Assembly (NCBI GenBank): GCA_976551045.1
Contig: CDPCPM010000007.1
Span: 21,390,001-21,454,000 of the forward strand
Direction of reading: 5' to 3'
Length of the DNA: 64,000 bases
DNA from: Glaucostegus cemiculus
Taxonomy: Eukaryota
Made by a program: the position numbers and the translations under genes. Under the pieces are notes generated by a model that was not told the DNA's origin, did not search any database, and was given only the letters and a program-made list of their open reading frames with translations. Positions 27,365 to 39,335 of the stretch are shown here, piece by piece (position 1 is the stretch's first letter; each line of letters opens with the position of its first letter).

Positions 27365-27820
27365 TAGAATCATGAAATCTCAGAATGTGTGCAGAATGGA
27401 AGGAAGCCACGAGGCTTGCTAGCCACATTAGTGTAATCCAGCTAGCTCGGTTTCCTTTCTCTCTTCCCATAGTCCAGTAAGTTCTTTTCTGTCAAGCACT
27501 TATTCAGCTCAACGTTATGAGTGAGCCTCCATTTTTGCCTTGGTAGTAAATTTCAGACTCTGACCAGTCACTGCATAGAAGGGCTTTGCCTTTTGTGACT
27601 GCTGGTTCATTTGACTATTGCCTTCATTCTATGTCCCCTAGCTCTTAACTCCACTCTCAAGAGGAACAGCTTCTCTCTATCTACTCTCCTACATTCTTCA
27701 TGATTTTACATACCTCCATCAACTTCCTCTGCTCCAAAGAGAGCAACCCCAGCCTTTTCCAGTCATTCCATGTAGTTACAGTCCCTCATCCCTGGATTAA
27801 CTTTAGTAAATCTCTAAAGT
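27365..27820 (-). mobile_element. Degenerate CR1 3' fragment
   Basis: atagaatcatgaaatc tail; ttcatgattttacatacctccatcaacttcctctgctccaaagagagcaaccccagcc. Confidence 0.7.
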
Positions 27821-28114
27821 CTGAGTCTGGACAATAGCTGAACATTTCAGTTTATAGTTCTGATAGAAATATCAGCCTATAACTTCTACCTTCCACTGAA
27901 ATACACAGAAGAGGTTCCATGACAGTTTTATCCAAGCCTGTTGGAGAGTGACTTTTATGCAAGTGAACATAAGCCTTGCACTTCATGGGTCTTTTGCCCT
28001 GTTGCACACAATAACAGTGCAGTTAAATCAGGGTTTTGGTTGAGGTTTTATAGGGAGGAACTGAAGAGAACTCTGGAAGCAACATGTCTTTAATGTACAA
28101 ATCACTTAATTTAA

Positions 28115-28396
<282 letters not shown>

Positions 28397-29464
28397 TAAT
28401 GAAATAATACGGTAAAACCTCCTGGCAATATAACAGGATTTATTGTAACATCTTGACGTTGTTACATGTTGATTGTCTTCCTGCATTTTGTTTATTAAAG
28501 TGATATGAGTGGCTGCTTTGCACTGTAATCTTTTCATCTGTGTGCGTGAGTTAGGTTTGGGTCACACAGGGTGCAATTGTATCATTACATAGAGGTTCAC
28601 ATCTGCAGGGAAGCAGAAATAGCCTTATACTTACAGTGTCAAGTCTTAGCTCTTGCAAGTGTCCACAAGCTCAGTTGTGCTTCCTGGAACTTTTATAAAG
28701 TTCCTGCAGATTCTTGTTTATGTTTTAAGGAAGTGAACACTCTCACATTTATTGGGCAGGAGTGCAATTCAGAAATGCTTGTAAAAGTGTGTCTCTAAGC
28801 TGTGGTACTAATGAACAAGGTGCAAGTTAGAAAAGAAAATTAACTTCAGTCTTGCTTTGTTTTCTGCTGCTAGTGCTCTCAGTCAGTAGAGTGGTTAACT
28901 ATAGCCTGAACCATGTTTGTACAAAATAAGCATAATTTCTCATTATGCAATCTGCCGGCAACAGCATCTTTTTAAAACAGAAAATTAGCTTGCAGTTTGT
29001 GGCTGAATTAAACACCACTCTCTTGTAAGCTGTGTATTTGTCCTCTAAAGTGCTTGTTGTGCTTATCTAACTGGACACACGGCAAAGGTGTAGCAAGTTT
29101 GTGATTTTAAAAGGGAAAACACCTAAATTTTGTGGTTAAATTAAGTTTTTCTTTGGAGATTTTCCATTCAAGGAAAAGTCACATAACTGTTTATTTCCCA
29201 TCCCCACCCACCAAGCACATAAAAACCTACTCAGGCTTTTACTATTAACCAATAACTAGCTTGATATTTATAAAAAATCAGTATTAAGACACCCACAATA
29301 TATAAAGAGCTGTTCTAGCTAGCATACATTTGCATGGTTAAAAATGTATTATTGTTTACGCAAGCTTGTGATTTTATATGCACCATTATTTTGGTTTTAC
29401 ACACAAAATATTATGTCCAGGTTTAATAAAAATTTCAGGTGAAACATTGATATCTTCAATATTA

Positions 29465-29605
29465 CTGAAGCACTTAGACATTTAAATAGGCAAGGCATAG
29501 AAGGATATTGCAAATGGGATTTGTGTAGATAGACAAAAAGGTCTGCATGGACATGGTAGGTCAAAGGGCCAGTTTCTGTGCTGTATAATTCTATGTCTTC
29601 ATGAT
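29465..29605 (+). mobile_element. Short CR1-type 3' tail
   Basis: aagcacttagacatttaaataggcaaggcatagaaggata...gggccagtttctgtgctgtataattctatg. Confidence 0.65.
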
Positions 29606-29969
29606 TATCAAAAAAGAGCAAGGGCAAAAATCTTAGTTTCTTGCATCAAATGTGCATATTTAACATGGAAGTCAGTGAGCTTTAATAAATCAGAGTACAG
29701 CTTACTGTTACTACAGTCTATGCAAGTTTAACACAAGTTAATGAGCACAAATTTCTCTCTCCAAATTCTCATAATGGTGACTCTGAGGCAAGGGCATTAC
29801 CAAGGAGCTACTTCTAACAAAACTGGGCATAAGTATGAAGAAATCTGGGGTTCTTGAGCTTATATCCCCCACTGATGTAACAAACAAAGTAGACTACATT
29901 CTTCTGAATATACATTATTTGCTTCCTTTACAAATATATTTGGCCATTCTTTCAATAGTAACAGTATAA

Positions 29970-30037
29970 TTTATGTGAGATTGACAAACATTAATGATTG
30001 TTCTTTATGTGAGATTGACAAACATTAACAATTGTTC
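29970..30037. repeat. 34-bp tandem duplication (2 copies)
   Basis: tttatgtgagattgacaaacattaa(tg/ca)attgttc x2. Confidence 0.95.
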
Positions 30038-30114
30038 TGGTGAAACTGGAACTATCTTACTTCCAATATATTTCAAACTGCAAATTTACATTTCCCCGTA
30101 GGACAAGATTACAT

Positions 30115-31395
30115 TAGTCATAAAGTCATAGAGCACTACAGCACAGAAAAAGGCCATTTGGCTCATCTAGTCCATGCTGCCTGATCTTCTGCCTAGTCCC
30201 ATCTACCTGCACCCAGACCATATCCCTCCAAACCCCTCCCATCCATGTATCCATCCAAACTTCTCTTAAACGTTACAAATGAACCTGCATCTATCACTTC
30301 TGCTGGCAGTTCATTCCATAGTCGAATCACCCTCTGAGTGAAGAATTTTCCCCTCAGATTCCTCTTAAATATTTCACCTTTCACCCTAAACCTATGTTCT
30401 CTAGTTCTAGTCTCACCCAACCTGTGGGAAAAAAAACCTGCATGCATTCACCCTATCTATAGCCCTCATAATTTTGTATACTTCTATCAGATCTCCCCTC
30501 ATTTATTCCCCTCCAGGGAATAAAGTCTAAACAATTCAACCTTTCCCTATAACTCAGGTCCTCAAGTCCTGGCAACAGCTTTGCACTCTTTCAAGTTTAT
30601 TGATATCTTTCCTGTAGGTAGGTGACCAGAACTGCACTCTATAAATTCAGCCTCACCAATGTCTTGTACAACTTCAACATAACATCCCAACTCCTGTACT
30701 CAATGCTCTGATTTATGAAGGCCAAAGTAACAAAAGCTCTGTTTATGACCCTATCTAGCTGTGACGCCACTTTCAAGGAACGATGGATCTGTATTCCCAG
30801 GTCCCTTTGTTCTACCACACCCATCAGACTCCTACCATTCACTGTGTAAGTCTTACTCTGGCTTGTCCTCCCAAAGTGCGTCACCTCACACATGTCTGCA
30901 TTAAATTGCATCTGCCATTTTTCAGCCCATTTACCTAGCTGGTCAAGATCACGCTGCAAGCTTTGATAGCCTTCCTTGCTGTCCCCCAATCTTGGTGTCA
31001 TCCGCAAATTTGCTGATCCAGTTTACCACATTATCATCTTAATCATTTATATAGATGATAAACAACAACAGATTCAGCATCGATCCTTGCGGCACATCAC
31101 TAGACACAGGCCTCCAGTCAGAGATACAACCATCTACTACCATTTTCTGGCTTCTCTCACTAAGCCAATGTTGAATCCAATTGACTACTTCATCCTGAAG
31201 GCCAGGTGACTTAGCCTTCTGGATCAGTCTCTCATGTTGGAATTTATCAAAGGCCTTGCTGAAGTCCATGTAGACAACATTCACTGCCTTTCCCTCATTT
31301 GGAGGAGGTTCCTTTTTGGTATTAGATTGGCTACCATGCACAAAGCCATGTTGACTATCCCTAATCAGGCTCTGTCTATTCAAATACTTATTTCT
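30115..31395 (-). mobile_element. CR1 LINE, ~1.3 kb 5'-truncated copy (RT to 3' tail)
   Basis: Minus ORFs VVYMDFSKAFDK, SDVPQGS, LQRDLDQLGKWAEKWQMQFN, FFTQRVIRLWNELP; tail (agtcataa/agtcatag). Confidence 0.92.
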
Positions 31396-31910
31396 CCTGT
31401 CCTTTTTTTTTGCCACTCAGAAATTTCAAAACATATCCTGTCCCTTTGTTTTAATATTTCAATGATAGTTTCTTCTAAAATTTAAACCTAATATACAAGT
31501 TATGCAAGGAAGTTAAATAATGCTGTATATTCTCATGAAGTATTTCTGAACAGTAGATAATGAAGACAGGAAGATGTTCAGTGAACCTCTCATTCAGCAG
31601 CTCATCATTAATTCAACATATTGAATCTTTGTAAATTAATAATTGTCAACCAAAACCTCTATCAAATTAAGTTGTTTTGGAAACTTTGTCAAAATTTGGT
31701 TTTCTGATTGGGTTTTTAAAATGTATATATCCAGTGAAATATGGAAAACCTAATATCCAGTTATCTGATTGGATAGTAAGAATGTGAAATCAAGGCTCAC
31801 TGAAGACAGGTAAAGGTATTGTGTTTCTCCATTATATATATTTTTCTTGTTTAGAAAGTAATAACATTATTAGAAAGGTAGAGGAAATAAATATTTTCTT
31901 TCTTTTGCAG

Positions 31911-31979
31911 TGTATCTGGTTGCCCTTTGGCTGATAAAAGTCTCAAGAGTCTAATGGCAGCAAGCTCCCAGGAACTGAA
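31911..31979 (+). CDS. ST18: ST18 exon, end of finger 3 and linker
   Basis: cttttgcag|T ... CTGAA|gtatgc; (S)VSGCPLADKSLKSLMAASSQEL(K). Confidence 0.94.
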
Positions 31980-32687
31980 GTATGCTCATTTATATAACTT
32001 CCTGGTATCTTTCCATCACTATTTTCAATGCCAGGCTTGAATGATTGGAAGACAGCATTCTTCAGTCATTTGTAACCAGGAGTGTTTCAAGAATAAATCC
32101 TCTGCTCTGGGCTTCACCTGTAGTTGAGTTAGTTAGCCTCAGACGGGGGAGCAAGAGATTGGTTTTGTGCCTATGTTCTATGGAGGGAGGATACTGGCCG
32201 GGTTGGCACCTGGTTACTTGGGAGTGATGTTTTTTGTTGTGCGTGTTGTATCCGGAGGGATGATGGGATCAGGTTCAGTTTCAGATTCTTCATTGTCAAT
32301 TTGCCTACAAATATATGCAGTGGAGACTTGTGAACTTAGAACTGTACCAGAGTGTGCTATATTCCACTACGAGTTACTCCCTTCAAGAAAACTGTTGAAG
32401 AAATGAACTGTTTTGTTAAGAATGTACTTTGTTGTCCACAACAGTGGTATAAAGAACATGCTACGTTTAGAATCGGTGGGGGCAAGATTGGTCTACTTTT
32501 CTTTGCATTTTATAATTGTAACCTTGCCCAAGTTTTTTGGGGAGTCATGAGACAATGTAGAGACGAGTTAATTCATCACAATGAAAGAAGGCAAACAGGA
32601 TGAAAATTACCCTAAGGTCAGTCTATACTATTTCATAACAGTCGACAAAAAAAGGAGGAGAAAATGTTCAAAATATCCATCTGATTA

Positions 32688-32980
32688 TAGACAATAGAGA
32701 ATAGACAATAGGAGCAGAAGTAGACCATTCGGCCCTTCGAGTCTGCTCCGCCATTTTGAGATCATGGCTGATCCTCAACACTCAATATCCTGTTCCTGCC
32801 TTGTCCCCATATCCCTTGATTCCCCTATCTATAAGAAACCTATCTAGCTCCTTCTTGAAAGTGCCCAGAGAATTGGCCTCCACTGCCCTCTGAGGCACTG
32901 CATTCCACAAACACACAACCCTCTGGGAGAAGAATTTTTTCCTCACCTCTGTCCTAAATGGCCTACCCCTTATTCTAAGG
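32688..32980 (-). mobile_element. CR1 3' fragment with (atagacaat)n tail
   Basis: Minus ORF LRIRGRPFRTEVRKKFFSQRVVCLWNAVPQRAVEANSL... Confidence 0.88.
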
Positions 32981-33978
32981 GGTACCTTATTAGATAACAT
33001 CTGTGAAACATGAATTGTGGGATTAATGCTTTTGGTTGAAAACTTGTCACCAGAAATATCTCACCACAGATGCTGCTTGTTTCGTGGGTTCAGCTTGTGA
33101 TACATCAGCTTACAGCCTGTCATAGCTCACAAGGCAAATGCATCACCCACAAATCAAAACAACCATCATAGGCCTCTATAGGAGTGGTGGTGTTCAAATC
33201 CTTTCAATTGTGTGGCATGAATTTTTGACATAAATGGAATAATAGCTTTACATTACGTCAAGATATTTAGTAAATAATTAACTGCAAAGAAAATATCATT
33301 CAGACTATGCCTAGGCATTAGTTTTCTCTACTGTAGAAAATAGCAAACCCTTTGTTGAAAAGCTGAGTATATTTTCAAGATATAAATAATATGGTTGTGT
33401 TTAATAGGGATACCATCTTTGGTGGATGTATTCCTAGTTTTCAATACAATCACCAATTCCAATCACCCCATACTGTAAAAGAGCCTTACTTTTCATCTCC
33501 AGTATTGCTATTCCTAATAGCCAAAATGTTTTAGTGAGATAAAGCAAACACAGTTCTTTTAAACATCCTCATGCATTTTCTCCCAAATTGCTTGCAGCAC
33601 TATCCAGGAGATTAATCTTTAACTCCTGGAGACCCCAGAGCAATTTAGTAAGGTTGCCAACTTGAGAGTTTGGCATCAAGATGACAGCTGCACAAAGTGT
33701 AACAGAGCTGCAGGTTTCTTCAAGGCCAACTGAAACCAAAATATGCAACAATTTACACTAATGCGTTGATTTCTAATTTGGCTTCTCTTTGTTGAGGAAA
33801 AATCCATATAATTTTTAGGAAATGTGATTTGCTCAGCACTGACAATGGTTTGCTATAATTTTAGCAATTAACTGAAAAATCCTTCATTGTTAGATGGCAA
33901 TCAATAAATACTCAAAAACAGGTCAATTTTATTGCACGATACAGCCTTTCTCAGCATATTGTTCTTTTATTACATTAG

Positions 33979-34041
33979 GTGTCCAACGCCTGGTTGTGAT
34001 GGCTCCGGTCATGTGACTGGAAACTATGCTTCACACAGAAG
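33979..34041 (+). CDS. ST18: ST18 63-nt exon, zinc finger 4
   Basis: cattag|G ... AGAAG|gtgagt; [20 protein letters not shown]. Confidence 0.95.
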
Positions 34042-34132
34042 GTGAGTTTGGTAATAAGCTGAAAGAAGTAAGGGCAGTAACTTAAACACCTGCTACTTGA
34101 TATATAAGTGCATGATCAATTTTATCTTCCAG

Positions 34133-34216
34133 CCTTTCTGGATGCCCAAGAGCTAAAAAAGGTGGAATTAAGCTAACACCCAGCAAAGATGACAAAGAAG
34201 ACTCAGAGTTAGTGAG
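34133..34216 (+). CDS. ST18: ST18 exon, end of finger 4 and linker
   Basis: cttccag|C ... GTGAG|gtaaga; (S)[27 protein letters not shown](R). Confidence 0.94.
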
Positions 34217-34517
34217 GTAAGATGAAGAGTTACACACTGTTATTTAAAAATTCTTCAGCTTGGTAATGACCTTGGTGTCAGTTTCTGAAACATTATATGG
34301 AAATAAATTAATAGCCTTATTGCTGGCAAGTAATCAATGGGTGATGTATCAGCAGATATTGCAGGTAAGCCATAAGTAGTCTTTATCAGTGCTTTTGTAT
34401 GTCGTGACATAAAAATTGATGTAAACTTTAGGCATCAAATCAATAACCATGCTTGCTCATATTAATTCACTGGATGCTCTTGTATTTGTGTCAGTAGGTT
34501 TTAAATTTTCCAATTTC

Positions 34518-34782
34518 CTTACAGCATAGAAGGAGGCCATTAGACCCATCAAGCCTATGTTGGGTCCCAGAGAAAACTCTCTATCCCAATCCTGTACTTA
34601 TTTCCCTGTGATCTCCTCTCAAGCTTGCCTTTTAATAACCCCTGATTCTCCCACCTCCCACCTCCATTAGGGCTAATTTACAACAGCCAATTAATATAAC
34701 AAGCAGTACATCTTTGGGATATGAGAGGAAACTGGAACACCAGGGGGAAACCAACAGTGATTACAGAGAGAAAATTCCACAC
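34518..34782 (-). mobile_element. V-SINE fragment with CR1-type tail
   Basis: acagcatagaaggaggccattagaccc tail; tctttgggatatgagaggaaactggaacacc core. Confidence 0.7.
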
Positions 34783-35160
34783 GTTGTGGATTCAAGTTCC
34801 ACATCAGAGTTGAGCACAGAGGCTAGATGAACACTTTGGAGCATTGTTGGAGGTGTTGTCTTCTTGAAATGTTAAACTGAATGCCATCTCTTAGGTGAAT
34901 GCATCAATGCTTAATATCCCTATGTGGTATTTCAAAGAAGAACAAACAATGTTCCTGTTGTCTTCTAACCACTATCACGATAAAGAAAACGGATCTGCTC
35001 ATTATTGCATTGCTCTTTGTGAAACTATGTTGTGCATAAATTGACTGCTGTGTTTTCTATAGTACAACAATGACTGCATTCAGAAGAACTCTTTATTCGA
35101 TGAAGCACTGTAATATGATCTTAGGTTGTGAAAGGTGTTTCATAAATGTAAATCTCTCAT
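34783..35160 (+). mobile_element. Degenerate SacSINE1/DeuSINE-like element
   Basis: B-box ggattcaagttcc; Deu-domain-like gttggaggtgttgtcttc...gttaaactga...atttcaaagaaga; L2-type tail gttgtgaaaggtgtttcataaatgtaaatct. Confidence 0.6.
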
Positions 35161-35209
35161 TATGTGTTTTTAAAATTAAACCTAAAATACTCTGAGTAAC
35201 AAAGAGATT

Positions 35210-35500
35210 AGCTGGGATCACCCTAGTGTGAAAGGCTTAGAAGAAGTGTAATTTTTAAAGTGCATCCAGGAGAGCTTTTTCATCCAGTATGTAGACAATC
35301 TTGTGGGAAAAGGGACAGTACTGGAATTAATTTTTGGGAGTGTTACTAGGTAAGTGACTGGAGTGTCAGTGAAAGAGCAATTTGGAGATGATGATGCCCA
35401 TAACTCTGTAAGTTTCAAAGTAGCTATGGAAAAAGAAAAAGAAGGACTGGAAATTAAGGTCATGAACTGAGGGAAGATTGATATCAATATCATAAAGCAA
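35210..35500 (+). mobile_element. CR1 ORF2 endonuclease-domain fragment
   Basis: Plus-strand translation FLKCIQESFFIQYVD...VLELIFG...VTGVSVKEQFG..HNSVSFKVAME, with in-frame stops. Confidence 0.7.
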
Positions 35501-35659
35501 GATGATAAGCCAATAATGCTTACTTTTCATTGTGTAAAAAATGCACTGTAATGCAGCATATGTTGCAATTATATTAAAAATCTCAAAATAGGATTCAGCA
35601 TATCATTTGATACTAAATATCAACAATTATCATTTATATGGTCACTTTAATCCAAGTCT

Positions 35660-36140
35660 CGAGGCACTTCACAGGAAAATTTTTAAAAAATAGACTAGCT
35701 GCCAAGAATGAAATTGCAAGTGGCTATTGGAAGATAAAACAACTTCATGTGCTTTGTGTTTATTTTTAAAATATAAGTAACAAATAGACGAGATTAAAAG
35801 TTTGGAGAAGGAGTTCCAAAGCCTTGAGCCCCAATTATTGAAAGTGCTGCTGCCAGCAATGGGCAGAAAGAAAGGCACATATACCTAACACCATGAGGCT
35901 AACAACAGCATCTGACAGAAAAGGTACAAGAGTGAGGAAGGCCACATGAACAGACTGGGGCAAGGATAATGAAAACAGGAGTCATGGTTTTAAATTTATT
36001 GACCACACTAGAAAGAAAGTTGATGGAAATGAACAAAAATAGGGTGATAGACAAATCTAGAAGTGACCACAGAAGAGCATCAGGTGTAAAGAAAATGAGG
36101 TAAAATGATCTGTGCAGACCTGCTATGGAAAAGCAAGCCT
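35660..36140 (-). mobile_element. Degenerate L2-like LINE fragment
   Basis: Minus translation GSSTFNNWGSRLWNSFSK resembles the L2 C-terminal G.RAFS..GP.LWNSLP motif. Confidence 0.5.
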
Positions 36141-37559
36141 TCACAAGATAGAATATGTTAGTGCATCTTAATGAGGTTCTAGCTTGACCTGGTTAATAGA
36201 ATGGAGTCTTGAGCATCGATCATTCCAAAACTAGTTCAAGTTTTCTTTTTACCCCTTGGTCCCTTCTTATTATTGCTGCATCCCTCCTTTGGGCTCCTCT
36301 ACCAGGCTGTGGCTTGATTACTGCCTGGGACACCAAGACCTTGGGCATAAGCTCAATGGAATAGAGTAGAGGGAGTCTCATGTATGGTTAACTGATTGCA
36401 GTCCCCCCACTGTGTACCTCTGGTTTAACATGCTTCTTGAAATTTATTTGCAAAGAACTCACCTGATCTTTTCCAATCAAATATTTGACTAGAGTGGAGG
36501 ATGAAGTCAGTAGGAGGAAAGAACAAACTTACACAGAGATTTAAATGGATTGCAATGAACTGCCCATTGTTCAGTTGAAAGATACTGGGATTCTTTCATG
36601 ACTAAGTCAAGAAAGAACAGAGAACAAAGGTAGCAAAGAGGGTTGAGGAGGTGATGGCATTGCAGGGCTGCATATTATCTCCATTAATCTGTCCATTGAC
36701 AGCACTTCAATAGTACTTCACTAGAACTTCACTACATTCCCAAGTTGTGAAAGGTGCTTCATAAATGCAATTTTTATGTTGTTTCCTTCCATTGTTATGG
36801 AAGCCGATTCTTTGCTTTTACTGACATCAGTAAGTGCAATATATAGGTGAGGACAAATATACTGAAAGAGTTTGAGGTGGAAGTTGATATGATCCAATCT
36901 CTGCTACATTTAGGACAATGTATTTTCCATTTTGTGTCCTAAATAAGGCTGTAGGCTCTTGTCACCATATTCTAAGTCTCCAGAACCAATAAGGCATAGT
37001 GGTCTAATTTAAGTACCAATGAACTCAGCTGTCAGAGGCCATTGCTTGAATTTGACCTCTTTGCATTAGCTTCCCATTCAGAAAATACAAACAACAAAGT
37101 CTAATTTCATCACCAGAGAATTCTGTAGTCCCTTCAAAGTTGAATTGAAGATCAAGATGTAGAGAATGAGGAGTGGTACTTTGTATAGAAATGGAGACCA
37201 TGGTGGCCTTATGCTCCTGCATGATTCTGAAGTAGCAGACAGTTTTGGCTGCGAGAGTGTGGCATGGTAAGTCTGGCTGTGTTTGAGACAGATTTGGCAA
37301 TGAATTAAATGAATGTGTGATGTGTTCTTGGCAGTCCTAAAATCAATTATGAGTTATTATTTCTCTTGCACCTATTAGCAATACATACAAAATATTCCAT
37401 GGCAACTTAACATTTAGTACAATGTTATTTTAACCACATCTATCACAAAAAGGAGAACAACATATAATTAAAAGAGTTCATTTCTGCATGTGAACTGACA
37501 ATGCAATTGAACTATTCATTGATAATGTGGTTTACAATGCAGTGCTTTTTCTGTCTAAG

Positions 37560-37781
37560 GTGCCCAGTGATAGGTTGTGATGGGCAGGGTCACATATCTG
37601 GCAAGTACTCATCACATCGGAGTGCATCAGGGTGCCCTTTAGCTGCAAAAAGACAAAAGGAGGCTTCATTGAATGGACCCCAATTCCCATGGAAATCTGG
37701 CAAAGCTGAAGGTACAACCTGCCCCACACCAGGCTGTGATGGATCCGGTCACATTAATGGCAGTTTTGTCACCCACAGAAG
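37560..37781 (+). CDS. ST18: ST18 exon, zinc finger 5 and most of finger 6
   Basis: tgtctaag|G ... AGAAG|gttagt; [34 protein letters not shown]...[20 protein letters not shown]. Confidence 0.95.
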
Positions 37782-38663
37782 GTTAGTATGGGGGCATCCT
37801 TCTTCTTACCCTTGTAGTACAAATTCTCCAACATTATAACCACATTTGTGGAGAGAGGACCCAGGCTGTAGGATTTGCCCTGCACCTCACTATGTATTTT
37901 AATCTAAACTAACTTTGCCAAGTTCCATTAACTTTCAAAAACTGATTGTCACTTGCAATATTGCTACAAATGACCACAATAAATTTATGTAAATAATGCA
38001 TTTTATTTGTTTAGTATCTAAGAGATGTGTTAAAATACAGATCAAATGGAAAGGTGAGAGTGATAACTGGAGGTAAAGGAACACTATTAAAATCTGAAAG
38101 GAGATATATTGTTTTCCTGTGAACATATTGTATTCTCATACTAAATCCTTCTGGAATCTTTAAAAATAACTGTATTAACCTTTTTGCTTCAATAAGTTAG
38201 CCAGAAATATGGCCCATTTTAGATGAACTAAAATATACATTTTTATTACTTTTTCATCATTCTATAATGAAAGAATAGAAATTACTGCTGCTGATAATAA
38301 CAGATGAATCTTGAATGTGTTTCTACAGTATTCTTAGGTCAGTTATTCTATTTAATCAAAGCACCAGAAAATGGAATATCATACAAATGCATCAGCCAAT
38401 TGTTATTTGCTTATCCCAATGGTGATATCTAGCTTTAAGTGACTCTAAATTGATTTGTAGTTGGCATCATTGACACCCTCTGATAAAAAGCATGTGCGCC
38501 TTAATTGAAACCATTGCTTGTTTCGAAGGTACTTATGTGTCTGCACCACAGTACTCAGCAATTCATCATACATTTGCTCACCTTCTTAAGTAGCTGCTCT
38601 TAACTGGATTTGTTTCTTGGATGGATAGAAATGACCATTCTCATCATAGTTTTATATTTCCAG

Positions 38664-38755
38664 TTTGTCAGGTTGCCCCCGAGCTTCCCTTGCACTGAAG
38701 AGAAGCAAACTGTCAGGTGATGAAATGATGACCATCAAGCTCAGGGCAAGTAGCG
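38664..38755 (+). CDS. ST18: ST18 exon, end of finger 6
   Basis: tttccag|T ... AGCG|gtaaga; (S)[30 protein letters not shown]. Confidence 0.93.
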
Positions 38756-38997
38756 GTAAGAACATAATCAGAAGACATAAAATAATCCAATTAAAATCAT
38801 TTTGTTTGTATTAAATTGAATTACCTCTTCAAATTGATTATGTTGGTCCTAGTGCCATCTAGCACATTAATAAATAAGTTATCTCTGCCCTTCAACTTCC
38901 AGAAACTTTTCCAGAAAGATTTTCCTCATTGAATTTTGCTGCGCTTTTAAATGTTTTCCTGAAAATGATTTTTAATTCTTGTCTCAATTCTTTTTGC

Positions 38998-39335
38998 AGT
39001 CATGTAGAGTCACGTAGCATAGAAACATGCCCTTTGACCTACCGAGTCCATGCCAAACATCAAGCACCCATTTACACTAATCCTACACTGTTCCCATCTT
39101 ATTCCCCCCACGTTCGCACCAACTGCCCCAGATTCTAACCCTTACCACGTACTCGGAGCAATTAACTGACCAACCTGCACATTTTTTGGGACGTGGAAGG
39201 AAACTAGAGCACCTGGGGAAGCCCACATAGTCACAGAAATAACATGCAAACTCCACACAGACAGCAGCAGAGGCCAGAATTGAACTCAGATCACTGGAAC
39301 TATGAAGCAGCAGCTCTACGAGCTGTGCCATTCCA
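38998..39335 (-). mobile_element. V-SINE, near full length
   Basis: Reverse-complement head (cagcagctctacgagctgtgcca), core ggaaactagagcacctggggaagccc, CR1-like tail agtcatgtagagtcacgtagcatagaaac. Confidence 0.85.

Noticed and set aside
30193-31416. Functional reverse-transcriptase gene
   Set aside because: Broken into several frames with deletions; a 5'-truncated dead CR1 copy.
37540-37559. Upstream CAG as an alternative to the AAG acceptor
   Set aside because: It would add 17 nt and shift the frame; the AAG acceptor gives the conserved R-CPVIG junction.
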